Below, in pieces: positions 1 through 12,220 of a stretch of DNA of 64,000 nucleotides (the first letter of the stretch is position 1; every line of letters starts with the position of its first letter). The notes under the pieces were generated by a model. That model saw only the letters and a program-made list of their open reading frames with translations, was not told where the DNA came from and ran no database searches. Source of the DNA: Eledone cirrhosa (taxonomy: Eukaryota). A program made the translations under genes and the position numbers. The stretch is taken from positions 184,574,001 to 184,638,000 of the forward strand of contig OZ024740.1 of assembly GCA_964016885.1 (NCBI GenBank). The letters are read 5' to 3'.

Positions 1-1329
1 TCTCAATCCTGTGCCTGTGCCATTGTCTTTGAGTGGTGACATATATACATACATTAAGAATGAAAGATTGAAATTTCAGATTAACATACTTAATATATTT
101 ATTCACTTTATATTTTAATAGAGGATGGCAAATGTGAAACCATTATTTGTAATTTTTTTTACTCTACATACACAAAGGAAAATTATGTACACACGTATGT
201 GTGTTGGTGTTTGTAATATATGGAAATATGAATAGGCATATATATTTTGTAAATGTGTTTTTTTTATTACTGATTTCCTGTTTTTATTTTTGTTCTCTAT
301 ATTTCGGTTGATCTCTACAGGAGATTTTCTCTTTAACAAGATTTCACCTCTTTTTTTTTAACTCTAAACTTTAACAAAACCAGTCAGCTATAGAAAGAAG
401 TCTCAGGAGTTTGTTGACTCTAAAAACATTGATTTCTACAGTTCAATAAATCTCTAGCCTTTTTTACATTATCAGAATTGTATATAATTATATAGAGATG
501 TTTTTTTCTTATTTCACACCTTACTTCAATGTTAGTTAGAATTCTATATGGTCAAATGAGTTATTAGAAATAGTAGCCTAATCTCCCTTAATTCACATTC
601 TAACATCTTATAAAAGCGAGACATATTGGATAATAAGGTATGAAAATTATGCTGAATGGTAACATCTGAAATGCCTTTGATCATAGGAATCTTCAATCAA
701 GGTTATCCTAGAAAAACTTCATACTGTTTTTAAATTTTTTTTTAATGTTACATCATAACTTATTCCAAAACGCTGGATAGTTCACTATGAATAAATTAAT
801 TAACCCTCCCGACATAGTAAATAGCATCCAGTCCTTAATATAACATGGTTGGTGTTAGGAAGGGCAGTCAACTGTAGATACCAAGCCAAAATAATACAGA
901 ATTGTATGAGCATAATGTGGTCTCTGGGCCTGAGTTGTCTCATAATATGACAGACAACCTGTATAATCCATGCAAGCATGGAAAATGCCCATTAAATTAT
1001 GAAGATGACATTATTAGTCCAGATATTGTCATGCAAGTTTGACCTAACTTGTTTAGCTGAGTCTTACATTATAAAGAGCTATGCACTACTAACACATTTC
1101 TGAGCAGCCAAAATATATATAAATATATAAAATAAGTGATATATTTTATTTCTATGTTTACTTGTTTCCACCATTTAACTATTGTTCAAATATGACTATA
1201 TCTTCGATGATATAGTTGATTATATCAAACACAGTTCTTCACTGCAGCTGGTTTTTATCATCCTAGTAAGTATGAGAACCAAGTGGAATATGTAGAGATA
1301 TTCAAGGAATATATTGTGAAATATTTCAT

Positions 1330-1830
1330 TGTTTTTTGCCAATTTGTTAATTTCTTGTGTCATCAGGTAAGTGCATGACCCATAGACGATGTGCAAGAGA
1401 AAATATTAAAACTTAGTTGTGTGTCTGAAATAACAGTAGTGCACTTGCTGAAAAGAAAGCCACATGTATAGGCCATTATGCGAGACTATTGAATAAAGAG
1501 TATCTCCCTTAAGTAGACCATACTGAGAGCTCAATCACGAGTTAGCAGCTGATCTGTAAGTAAAGCAATTATTGGTAAGATAAGAACCAAATCAGTTGGT
1601 CCATCAGGGATAGTTGCTGAGATAAAAGCAGTTTGATATGGTGGGTCGCATGTTAACTGAACATATAGTGAACTGAGGAATACAGGATGGTGCCGTAGCT
1701 AATGACTGCCTCACAGAAAAGTGGATGCACAAGATAAAGAAACTACAGGGGCCTGAAGTTGATGGACCAAGTCATGAAAGTTACTAAAAAAGTTTTAGCA
1801 CAAATTAGGTATAGAATTAGCCCAGAAGTG
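1330..1830 (+). mobile_element. Decayed RTE-like LINE reverse transcriptase fragment
   Basis: Broken frames give KSVGPSGIVAEIK and RNYRGLKLMDQVMKV, matching the RT N-terminal KxPGxD / NYRGIxL region of RTE-type LINEs. Confidence 0.55.
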
Positions 1831-2590
1831 AGCAGGACGAAATGAACATTGAGAATATGTCAAATGAAGAAGCAGGGTGTTCCTTGTCAGCTAGTACACT
1901 CCTGAACTCCATCCATTGCCCACACCTATTTACTTACAAATGTTATCCCTCTTCCTTGTCTAGTCCATGCTAATGTAGTCCTCCCACACATTAGGATTTC
2001 CTCACTTTAGTCCTCCCTTACATCCTTCATCGTTCAACCTACACCAGCTTGGAAAAGAAGATGCACATCCTCCACAATGTACTCCCCTAACCACATTTCA
2101 ATCACACCTTCCTCGCCCAGCTGAGACAAGCGTAGTATTGTAGGCACATCTCACAACATACTGCCTTATGTCACACACTATATGCAAAGCACCCTAACAA
2201 TCTGGTATTTTTTGCCCTACTGTGAAATGACCTCCCCATGACCTGACATACTTCCTGTGTCAGTGTTGAACAAAAGGGCGACGGTGGTTGCCGAGCACTG
2301 TACGGCGTAATTCGGGATGTTTGTTTACAAACAAACTGAACATTATAATAAATGTTCAGTAAACCCATACGTACATATATATATATGTGTGCATGTATGT
2401 ATATATATACATACTACTGTGCGTCTGTACACATATATGTATGCATGCATACTTATATTTAGGTATCAGCCGTACTAAGAGTGAGAAATGAAATTTTGTT
2501 TCATTCTTTTCCATTTATCGTTTTCGGTATGCCCGGCTGACTAACTCACTCAATATGCAAATTAGGCTGCTCAGTCATTAATATGCATAA

Positions 2591-2938
2591 GGAGGCACAT
2601 GGCTTAGTGGTTAGAGCATTGGCCTTGCAATCGAAAGGTTGTGAGTTCAATTCTCAGGCCGGGTGATGTGTTGTTTCCTTGAGCAAGACACTTTATTTCA
2701 CATTGCTCCAGTTTACTCAGCTGTAGAAATGAGATGATAAGGACTAGGGTCCCTATCATTCCACTGCAAAGTGGTCGTGGAGGTGCCACGGCAAAAAAGC
2801 ACCCAGCACTCACTGTAAATGAGGTTGGTGTTAGGAAGGGCATCCAGCTGTAGAAATCAAGCCAGAATCAGTTCCCGTCCCACCCTTGCAAGCAGGGAAA
2901 AAGTGGACATAAAATGAAATGATGATGATGATGATGAA
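2591..2938 (+). mobile_element. tRNA-derived SINE, family 1 (CORE-like body, RTE-derived 3' tail)
   Basis: A box TGGCTTAGTGG, B box GTTCAATTC, body CCTTGAGCAAGACACTT...CAGCTGTAGAAATG, tail GGTTGGTGTTAGGAAGGGCATCC...(ATG)n shared with the LINE end at 8856-9553. Near-identical copy at 14262-14596. Confidence 0.9.
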
Positions 2939-2984
2939 GGAAAGTATATACTTTCAGACGTTCAATCATCTGACAGAAAGGTAT

Positions 2985-3027
2985 ACGATGCTGACGATAG
3001 CTAATAAGCTTGAAACTAGTACATCGT
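2985..3027 (+). ncRNA. Minimal type-I hammerhead ribozyme motif (family A)
   Basis: ACGATG-CTGACGA-TAGCT-AATA-AGCTT-GAAA-CTAG-TA-CATCGT: 6-bp helix I, CUGANGA box, AGCT/AGCT helix II, GAAA box, palindromic CTAG helix III, GUA cleavage triplet. Confidence 0.85.
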
Positions 3028-3859
3028 TCCTGTGTCAGTGATGAACAAAAGGGCGATGATGGTTGCCGAGCACTGTACGGCGTCATTTGGGCTGTTTGTT
3101 TACAAACAAACCGAACATTATAATAAATATTGGGTAAATCCATACGTACATATATATGTGTGCATGTATGTATATATATACATACTACTGTGCGTCTGTA
3201 CACATATATCTATGTACGTGTACATACTTATATTTAGGTATCAGTAAGAGTGAGAAATTAGGTATCACTAAGAGTGAGAAATGAAATTTCGTTTCATTCT
3301 TTTCCATTTATATATATATATAAGATTGTGTGTTTGTGTGTGAACACACATGTATATGTTTGTGTTTATATTTATGTGAACATACATACGTGTGTATGTT
3401 TATAGGTGTGTCAATGCAATGTATCTGTGTTTAAAGTTGTGTTATTGATTGAATCTTTTTTTTATATCTACACACATACATTTACTTTTTTTTAATATAT
3501 TTGTTGGCATTTCAGTAATTTTAATCATCTGATTGATTTGTTGATAAACTATCAAATATATTATTGTAGTTGCTGTAATTTGTTTTGTCTACCGAATAAT
3601 AAACTTAGATTAACTAAACCTTTCCTTGTATTCTTTCTAATTTCCAATTATTGCTGTCATCTCTGCTTATTTATTTACCTATTTATATATTTATTTCATA
3701 TGTTTTATTTCTCTGTGCTGGTTCACTGAGTTTCATCCGGAAAACAAGCTTTGTCGTATATAGTAAATTAATTGTTGCTGCCAAATGTGTGAAATATGAA
3801 TAACTGTTAATATTAATATATAATATTGCTTGAGTATCTAAAAAGTTTAAAGTCTGTGC

Positions 3860-4120
3860 TCAAGACCAGAGGCTCAACAGACCAGTGGTTATCCCAGTTT
3901 CTGTGGTGTGATGCAACAGGGAGTTCAAAACTTTCCCTGGAGTGAATGCCAGTCAATTGCAGGGTTAAACTCCCAGGTATTGCTGGTACTCATTTGCAGC
4001 TGAGTATACTGAAGTAAGGCGAAATGGAGTGTTTTACTCAAGAATATAACACAAAACCTAGTCCAGGAATCAAATCCACAATATTATGATTGTAAATCCA
4101 AAACTCTTATCACTATCGAC
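3860..4120 (-). mobile_element. Diverged SINE family 1 relative
   Basis: Reverse complement of the tRNA head and CORE-like body (CAGCTGAGTATACT...CTCAAGAA). Similar to 25885-26155. Confidence 0.65.
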
Positions 4121-4860
4121 GCATATCACTAAACATAATACTTAGAGTCTTTATTTTTTAATAGAGTGTAACATTTTAGTTAGGTATGCACCTTGTCTCC
4201 AAGTACTCAAAACATACTTTAACAGTATTCTTTTAATTTTTCAAGGAGTTTTGCCTATATTTCCAATTCATCAAAAACTAACATATTTACAGCTTACCCT
4301 CATTCTTATTGGTGTAAGTTTGAAAAATACTTAAAATCACTACATGCCAATTTAAATTTAAATAATCTTCTTTTGACTTAGTAGCCTAGAAGTATTGTTT
4401 GGGTTTAAATAACTATAACAAATTTACCTTGCAAAAATTTCTGTATTTCATTCAATTTTATCTATATGTCTGACAAATAGAATAAGTGTTTTTACTCTTT
4501 TTCAGTTTGATGTATTGTAATGTATTGTATTTTATGAGAAAGAAACTCCAGTGTTGTCATACAGATTGACAAGTCCTTGTAAGTTATCACTGCTTGACAA
4601 TCGTATTACACCCTTGTGTTTCATCATTTTTGTTTTTTCCATAACATTTCGAAAGTAGTGGGTGAAGAGTCTGTGCTTTCATTTTATTGATTGATCAAAT
4701 TTACATTTTTCACTCCTCAACCAGTTCACCACTGAGTTAGTTTGATACATGATGGTGTATATGTAAAAAATCCTCTGAAATGACTGAAATGTTGTTAATT
4801 CATCATTGATGGCCTCACATTTCACATAACCTTTCTTGGCAAACAGACATTTGTCATTAA

Positions 4861-5067
4861 CCCTTTAGCATTTACATTACTCTATATTCACTATTGTATT
4901 TTCACAGTAAGGCTTTACCTCACACAATCATCTCATAATATAAAATCTATGAGATTCTGATATTATTCATTTTGTGAACAATACCTTGAGTGGCAAGTTA
5001 CAGCAAGTTTGAAGAGAAATAGGTGAGAGAATTCTTGTCGGATATGGCCTGTTTAAATGCTAAAGGG
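4861..5067. mobile_element. piggyBac-type MITE
   Basis: TTAA|CCCTTTAGCATTTA ... TAAATGCTAAAGGG|TTAA: perfect 14-bp TIRs starting CCC, with TTAA target duplication. Second copy at 15271-15477. Confidence 0.85.
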
Positions 5068-5154
5068 TTAATGTTAAAGGCTTGGAATATAATACCACAC
5101 ATAACTCCTACAAATATCTGAACAGCCCAAATATTGACTCATTAAGCTGGCTGG

Positions 5155-5400
5155 AAAATGGGTTGGACAGATCATTCTCTGTGCAGCATCTCTTCACTTG
5201 TCATGTTCCACTTGTCATATTCCTTTGTCATCTCTTCCATGAGCTTTAGCAATCTGAGATCAACTTTCAGAACTGCCATCCAGGTTTTCTTTGGTCTTCC
5301 TCTACGGTGGCTTCCTTACACTGGGATTACTTTGCATTTCTTCACCCAGTGATCAACATCCAGGCACAACATATGTCCAAACCAACACAGTCTCCTCTAC
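5155..5400 (-). mobile_element. RTE LINE C-terminal remnant
   Basis: Minus strand reads LCWFGHMLCLD...RRGRPKKTW..VLKVDLR, the LxWxGHxxR / RGRPxxTW signature also seen at 8856-9158. Confidence 0.65.
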
Positions 5401-5536
5401 TACTTCTGATTCATTTTACACCCATTTAAAACATGATGCCCTCAGTCCTATTTAGTTGTCAATATGAGAAGGTGCTTGAATAATGCCTTTAAATATCAAA
5501 GATTTCCAATTTTATTTTCATTCAGTATTTTAAAGT

Positions 5537-5677
5537 ATTGATACCATGGAACCTGAGAATGAGAACAAACACCTTGAAAGTCTTCATTATGATAAAAAAA
5601 AAGTCAATACTTTTTTTTTATCATAATGAAGACTTTCAAGGTGTTTGTTCTCATTCTCAGGTTTCATGGTATCAATA
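5537..5677. repeat. Near-perfect fold-back inverted repeat (arms about 65 bp)
   Basis: TATTGATACCATGGAACCTGAGAATG...GATAAAAAAAAAGT followed after a 3-4 nt loop by its reverse complement. Confidence 0.9.
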
Positions 5678-6029
5678 TTAAACATATGTTTACATATTGG
5701 ATTCATAAGCTTTGTTTCATAAGCTTTGATTCATAAGCTTTGTTTCATTTGTTTCATTTGTACATAATTTCAAATATTATGTTTTATATTGCTTACACTT
5801 GGTAATATCAGATGCTACCATTATGCATATTAGATATGTTGCTCAATTTACACATTAAATGCACAGCTATTATGTACTGACACCTTTCTAAATGCTAAGT
5901 ACACATTGATTGTCACTAGACCAGTTAATCACATGGGGGTGGGGGTAGGGGGTAAACATAGAAAATGACGTGGCCAGAATACTCAGCTTTATTTTGCCCC
6001 AACCCAAAATTTCACGACATACTTGTGAA

Positions 6030-6372
6030 GTTGAGTGGCTTAGTGGTTAGAGATTTTGACTCACCATCATGAAGTTGTGAGTTCAATTCCAGGACTGGGT
6101 GATGTGTTGTGTCCTTAAGCAAGACACTTTATTTCACATTGGTCCAGTTCACTAAGCTGTTGAAATGAGTTTGGACATCACTGGTGCCAAGCTGTATCAG
6201 CCATTTCTTTTCCCTTTGACAACATAACTGGCATAGAGAATGGAGATTGGCTTACATGACTGACTGCTGGTCTTCCACAAAAACACCTTACCTGAACTTG
6301 TGCCACAGAAGGAAAACTTTCTAGATGCAAATCCCATGGTTATTTGTGACTGAAGGGGGTTCTTTACCCTTT
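6030..6372 (+). mobile_element. SINE family 1 variant with a different 3' tail
   Basis: Same tRNA head and CORE-like body, but the tail ends ...TCTTTACCCTTTA. This tail resembles 25495-25650 on the minus strand. Confidence 0.75.
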
Positions 6373-7025
6373 AGCCACTATTTGAAAACTAATCTCAGAA
6401 TAAAGCAAATTATTTTTAAATGCTAAAAGTCTACAACGCCAATGATGACTAACATAGTTAATTTGTTTATCGAGCAGTAAAAAAATTCATCCATGTGGAA
6501 ACAAGTATTTCATATAACGTTTCATTGTTTTGTAATTCCAACTAGTGATAAATCATTATATCTATATTATTATGTTTTAGGAAACATTATACACTAGAGA
6601 ATAAAAAAAAAAACTGATCTATAATATTTTTCTGATTGTCACGACAAGTTTAACACTTAACTATGAAAAAGAATTGGAGAATTAATTGAAATTTTTAACC
6701 TAATGAAACAAGCTCCAGCATTATCCTTTAACCCTGTTGTTACTATATTTCTCATGTAATGTTCTGCCTTTGCTTTTCAAATAATTTTGAAAATAATGAG
6801 GCTTTAGTATGGTGGATTTAATAATATAACTCACTTTTTCATTATTAATGGTGCATGTAGCATAATAAATGTCCTTACATAAAATTATGATGGAAGGCTT
6901 TTATATAAATAGAGACACATTAAAATAAACAGTTTAGTATGGTAGAACTAGTGGTGGTTTCAGGTAGTTTGATATCAAAAGAGGTAAATATGGAACAAAA
7001 TCGAAGACATAATTAAAATCTTTAA

Positions 7026-7424
7026 CACAATAAAAATAATTGTTTCTACTATTGGCAAAAAGCCAGCAATTATCCCAGTGTATTACTGGTACTTTATTTT
7101 ATCAACCCCCGTAAGGATGAAAGGCAAAGTTAACCTCAGCGGGATTTGAACTCAGGCCATAAAGGGTCGCAACTCTGCAAAGCATGGCGTCCGACACTCT
7201 ACTGATACTGCCAATCCACAATAAAAATAATTGTTTCTGCTATTGGCACAAAGCCAGCAATTATCCCAGTGTATTACTGGTACTTTATTTTATGGACCCC
7301 GTAAGGATGAAAGGCAAAGTTAACCTCGGCGGGATTTGAACTCAGTCCGTAAAGGGACGTAACTGTGCTGCAAAACATGGCGTCCGCCCCTCTACCGATA
7401 CTGCCAATCCACCATAAAAATAAT
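7026..7424 (-). mobile_element. Tandem dimer of tRNA-derived SINE family 2 (Meta-domain-like)
   Basis: Two units of about 190 bp with GTTCAAATCC B box and TTTGCCTTTCATCCTTACGGGG...AAAATAAAGTACCAG. The motif CAC(A/C)ATAAAAATAAT occurs before, between and after them. Confidence 0.85.
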
Positions 7425-7848
7425 GTTATGAATTTATGTAAATTTATGCATCAAAATAGGGATGAGAATATTTATAAAATGTGACATTGCCATAGGTTTC
7501 ACTAGCAAAATATGAATCAGAGGAACATATCAGAAACTTGCCATTTATTATATTTAATTCATTCTTATTTTTTATACAAGTGTCAACTTTGAATGGCAAA
7601 AGTTCAATTGACCCATTTTTGATCTTCTCAGGTATTAATTTTACAGAACCAACCATTAGATATCAATATTAATTAACTTTGATACCCTTTCATTACACAG
7701 CGGTATAATCTGCTAGGAATAACTGCCAAAATTGCTATCACATTGCACCCGATCAACTATGAAAAATGAATATTGGATGATATCTATTAGATAAAATATG
7801 ATGATTGGTAGGGCTATATAACTAAAGATTATGCCCATTTAACAAGCA

Positions 7849-7890
<42 letters not shown>

Positions 7891-7945
7891 TATATATATA
7901 CACATATATAAATATATATATATTTACATATATATATATATACAC

Positions 7946-7976
<31 letters not shown>

Positions 7977-8015
7977 TATATGTGTATGTATATATAATTA
8001 TATATATATATATAT

Positions 8016-8212
8016 GTCAGGTTGCTCTCGACTACTTTGCAGTGGAATGATAGGGACCCCAGTCCTAAGATCTCATTTCTACAGCTGAGTATACTGGAGC
8101 AATGTGAAATAGAGTGTCTTGCTCAAGGAAACAACACATCACCCGGTCCAAGAATTGAACTCACAACCTTTCGATTGCAATCCCAATGCTCTAACCACTA
8201 AGCCATGCGCCT
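8016..8212 (-). mobile_element. SINE family 1 copy within TA microsatellite
   Basis: Reverse complement of the 2591-2780 head and body; flanked by TA-rich repeats. Confidence 0.85.
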
Positions 8213-8820
8213 TTATGTATATATAATAATGTATATATATATATATGTGTGTGTGTGTGTATATATTTGTGTGTTTATATATGTGCGTTGGCCTTGTACC
8301 CCCTGTAATTGAAAACACATTCCCTTGTGTATTCTCCTCTCTATATTGTACTTTGAAGAGGCCACACAAAATGTTTCCCTTGAGCTCATTAAATTACAGG
8401 GATAAAGATGAGTCTTTAAATCCATTGGTACATTTGATATATAGCTCCTAACGATTATCTCTGTTGAGCATTTTAAGTTGAATGCCATTTCTAGCAGCTT
8501 GTTGCTCCATTCACACCACTAGTTACTGTTCCATACACACATTTTCCTTCTCCACATGCTACAAGTGAGTTAGCTAAAGTTTTTTTAGAAGTAAGGAATG
8601 TATCTTCTTTACACCTGCTGAAGATCCCTGAGTTGATATGCTTCTTACACTAATTTATGATGAAGCCTTCTCTTTGTGAGTCTGTACAGGTGTCATATAA
8701 TTATAAAGGTGGGTTATTCCATTTTAATGTATCTTTTTAATTGTAAAGTATTTCCCATACCTTTCGTAGTTTTTATGTTTTTCACTCTAGTGGCCTTATA
8801 ACTCCTGTAATTGAAAACAC

Positions 8821-8855
<35 letters not shown>

Positions 8856-8859
<4 letters not shown>

Positions 8860-9553
8860 TACGTGAACGGCAAAGCATAAGCGAACTAAGGAAAAAATTA
8901 GAAATAAGAGGGATCAGATGTTGTTTACTCGAGAGAAGGCTACGTTGGTATGGTCACGTGATGCGCATGAAAGACGACAGCTGTATAACAAAGTGCAGGG
9001 CAATAAAGATAGATGGTAGCCACGGAGTAGGCAGACCCAGAAAAACCTGGGACGACCTGATAAATTCCGACCTCACACACTTACACCTCTCCAAGACAAT
9101 GTCACTGGACCGAGAGCTTTGGCGGTACTCAGTAATAGAGAAGACGCGCCTTACCTAAATACAAAGTAAAACCTACTACAGTCAGTCGGCATCTCTAACA
9201 AAATACACCCCCGTCCCACCACCCCCACCCCATCCACACCGCTCCTTTCAATGTAAAGTTATGTTGGTACCACAACATCCAGGCCGAAACAAATGAGATC
9301 GTGTACGTGTCACGACAAAACAACACACAGTCCACGCTGTAATGTGGCCGTGTAGGCAACACAGTAAAAACCTCCCAGACCCACACTGTAAATGTGGTTG
9401 GTGTTAGGAAGGGCATCCTAGCTGTAGAAAACCCGCCAGACAGTCCTATGCGAGCAAGACAACCACTCTTGCCTCAAGTGGGAAAACTCCCGTCCAAACC
9501 CATGCAAGCGTGGAACACGGACGTTAAACGATGATGATGATGATGATGATGAT
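8856..9553 (+). mobile_element. 5'-truncated RTE-type LINE (ORF C-terminus and 3' UTR)
   Basis: ORF 8811-9158 has ERRLRWYGHVMRM...GVGRPRKTWDDLI. The 3' UTR ends in (ATG)n and the element is flanked by (TA)n. Confidence 0.85.
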
Positions 9554-9574
9554 ATATATATATACATACATACA

Positions 9575-9760
9575 TATATAAGTCACAGTGATAGACACAT
9601 TTTTCAAATGCAGGTAGGATCTATAGAAGTGGTTGATAGCATCGATACCTAGGTGATCAGATTAGCAAGGGAGGAGGGTGCGCTGAGGCCATAGTATCTA
9701 GAATAAGGACGGTTTTGACATAAGACGGGTTGGACATAAAATGATGATGATGATGAAGAT
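9575..9760 (+). mobile_element. RTE LINE fragment with internal deletion
   Basis: GSIEVVDS..YLGDQISKGGGCAEAIVSRIRT (RT thumb YLG region) joined directly to the GGACATAAAATG(ATG)n tail. Confidence 0.6.
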
Positions 9761-10130
9761 ATATAGGTAATGTAGTGAATTTCCTAAAGAACGTCTATAT
9801 CCAAAGTTGGTAGAGCCCTCAGCCCAAGAGACAACCATAATATACAAAATTAGGTTAAATTCACATTCTCATCTCTCAAGTATATACATTTAACTGTGGA
9901 ATTATTTGTGCACCCCTTCAGTTCAACTTCCAAGATGTCGACCTGACAAGCTACGGAAATAATTCCACCACAAAACACCCATATTTGACAATTTTCCTGT
10001 TAGTTTTTGAAATTTCTCAGCATACTTGTTGACACTTCTCTTCATTTCTACTGTTTGTTTCCTACAGAACCTAAAAGGACTTAATTCTATACAGCAAAGC
10101 ATGTTACCCGACTCTCTACTGATAATGATT

Positions 10131-10340
10131 TCTTGTATAGACACAAGGCCAGTAATTTGGGGGGAGGAGAACGTCGATTAAATCAACCCCAGTACGTTAC
10201 TGGTACTTTATTTTATCGACCCCATAAGGATGAAAGGCACAGTTAACCTCAGCGGGATTTGAACTCAGACCGTAAAGGACGTAACTCTATGCTGAAAAGC
10301 ATGGTGTCCGACTCTCTACTGATAATGCCAATCCACCACC
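10131..10340 (-). mobile_element. SINE family 2 copy
   Basis: Same B box and TTTCATCCTTATGGGGTCGATAAAATAAAGTACCAG domain as 7026-7424. Confidence 0.85.
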
Positions 10341-11800
10341 TCTGATTAAACAAATAATACCAATCGAAATAGTAGAATCTCAAGGACATATTTTTTGCTG
10401 TAATTGACCTGCTGCATCTATAATATATTGTATCTGCTATCCTTGACAGTTCTGAAAGTAGAAGTTAGTTGAAATATTAGTGAATTCAAGCCTGCTTGAA
10501 ACTGACTTGCCTCTTGGGTTATTTTCACTTCACCTACATAAGAAATCAATATGTTTAGATAAAACTAAAATTCAACCCAACCCTCAATATAATATAATTA
10601 AATCTATGCATGATGAACTAATTTGTTTTTCATTTTAATTCCTAATTTTGTTTACTTTAGAAACATGTTTAGTTGTATGTTGTTTGTTGTTTTTTTTTTT
10701 TTTTTTTTTTTTTTGCAATCAACATTGTTTAAATCAACATTACTTTTTATGTCTTCTGACATTTCAAAAAATAAGCAATCAATGTAATTTACGAATTAAA
10801 TGTACCTACCTTAGGTGTAAACAAAATGAAGTGTATTTTTATTATTCTCCAATTATTCATGTCTCTCTCTCTCTCACCATCTCTCTCCATATGGAAATAC
10901 ACACACACACAAAGTATATCTATATATTTATCTTCTTTGACCTCTCCCTTCTACTGTCATTTTAACTTTGACAGGTTGTTAGTTATAATTCAGCTAAGAT
11001 CACACACAAGAAATAGAGGAGTTCAGTTTAATTCAATTCAATTTCATTTCAATTTCATTTTGTGTGCAGTTAGATACTAGGAATCATGTGTAAGAAATGT
11101 GATGCTGCATTATATTGAGATTTGATACAGAAATACAGAATTATTTGCAGAAGTAGGAGAAAAATGAAGCTAATATAATCTTGTGGATTTTTAATGTTAA
11201 TCAACATGATTGCAACTAAGTTTTGTGTGCATTCAAAGCTTCAGAAAAGACAATTTTAATTATATGGGCATGTTACTGGAGTAGACAATGAGAGCTGGGT
11301 AAAAGAAAACCTGCTGTGTGCTCTAGATAAAGAGTACATGTGAAAGTGGGGTGCCAAAATATAACAAATGACAAAGAGGTCAGATTTCAGAAGACTGGCT
11401 TCAGTGAAGACATTATAAAATTATATAACTGGAGACATATTCAACTTATGTTTATATGAGAAAATGCTGTTTAGACAAAGGTCAGTCCTGATTCAAGAGA
11501 CATGTGGTAAAAGGTGTTCTAGTCATTCTATATTGTTTTAGGAACAGTGTATCTAAGACCATATTGTGCACTTATTTTTGAAAGTATATGAGAAAGATTG
11601 GATCAGGGTTAAAATGTGGATAGTGATAATGATGATAATGATAGTTATGTACCCAAATATAATTCAAGCACCTTAGAACAAACAAAATATGTGATGTTAG
11701 GTCAATTTCTGCTCAAGTAATTTCACTTAGAACACACACCAATTTTGTATATATTCACAACCAGTTAATGGCAAGATAAACTGATAGAAAAAATTCAGTG

Positions 11801-12027
11801 TTAACCCCAAAATGTAGCAGAGATTATATAACATTTTATTTCATATCTTATTATAATTTTTTTTTTCTACTTTTGGCACAAGGCCAGCAATTATCCCAGT
11901 GCAAAGTACCAGTAATGCACTGGAATAATTGCTGGCCTTGTGCCAAAAGTAAAAAAGAAAAAAAAAAAAAATTATAATAAGATATGAAATAAAATGTTAC
12001 ATAATCTCTGCTACATTTTTGGGTTAA
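11801..12027. repeat. Fold-back inverted duplication of flank plus SINE tail
   Basis: 11801-11902 is mirrored by 11915-12027, and the arms include the family-2 SINE end GGCACAAGGCCAGCAATTAT. Confidence 0.9.
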
Positions 12028-12039
12028 TATCTTATTATA

Positions 12040-12220
12040 ATTGTTTCTAATTTAGGCACAAGGCCAGCAAATACCCAGTGCATTACTGGTACTTTATTTT
12101 ATCGACCCCGTAAGGATGAAAGGCAAAGTCAACCTCGGCGGGATTTGAACTCAGATCGTAAAGGGACGTAACTATGCTGGAAAGCATTGCGTCCGACCCT
12201 CTACCGATACTGCCAATCCA
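12040..12220 (-). mobile_element. SINE family 2 copy
   Basis: Full-length match to the 7232-7413 unit. Confidence 0.85.

Larger units (their letters stand above)
2251..3310 (+). mobile_element. Partial-tandem non-coding element with a hammerhead motif (retrozyme/PLE-repeat-like), interrupted by a SINE
   Basis: 2251-2515 is repeated at about 3027-3310. The unit is about 430 bp once the SINE at 2591-2938 is removed. A homologous copy lies on the minus strand at 46748-47380. The 3' end abuts (TA)n. Confidence 0.75.

Noticed and set aside
6729-6988. Possible second piggyBac-type MITE starting TTAACCCTG
   Set aside because: The right TIR and TTAA are too degenerate to support a call.
7444-7656. 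Possible host exon (70-aa ORF, minus strand)
   Set aside because: No clear splice acceptor or recognisable domain.
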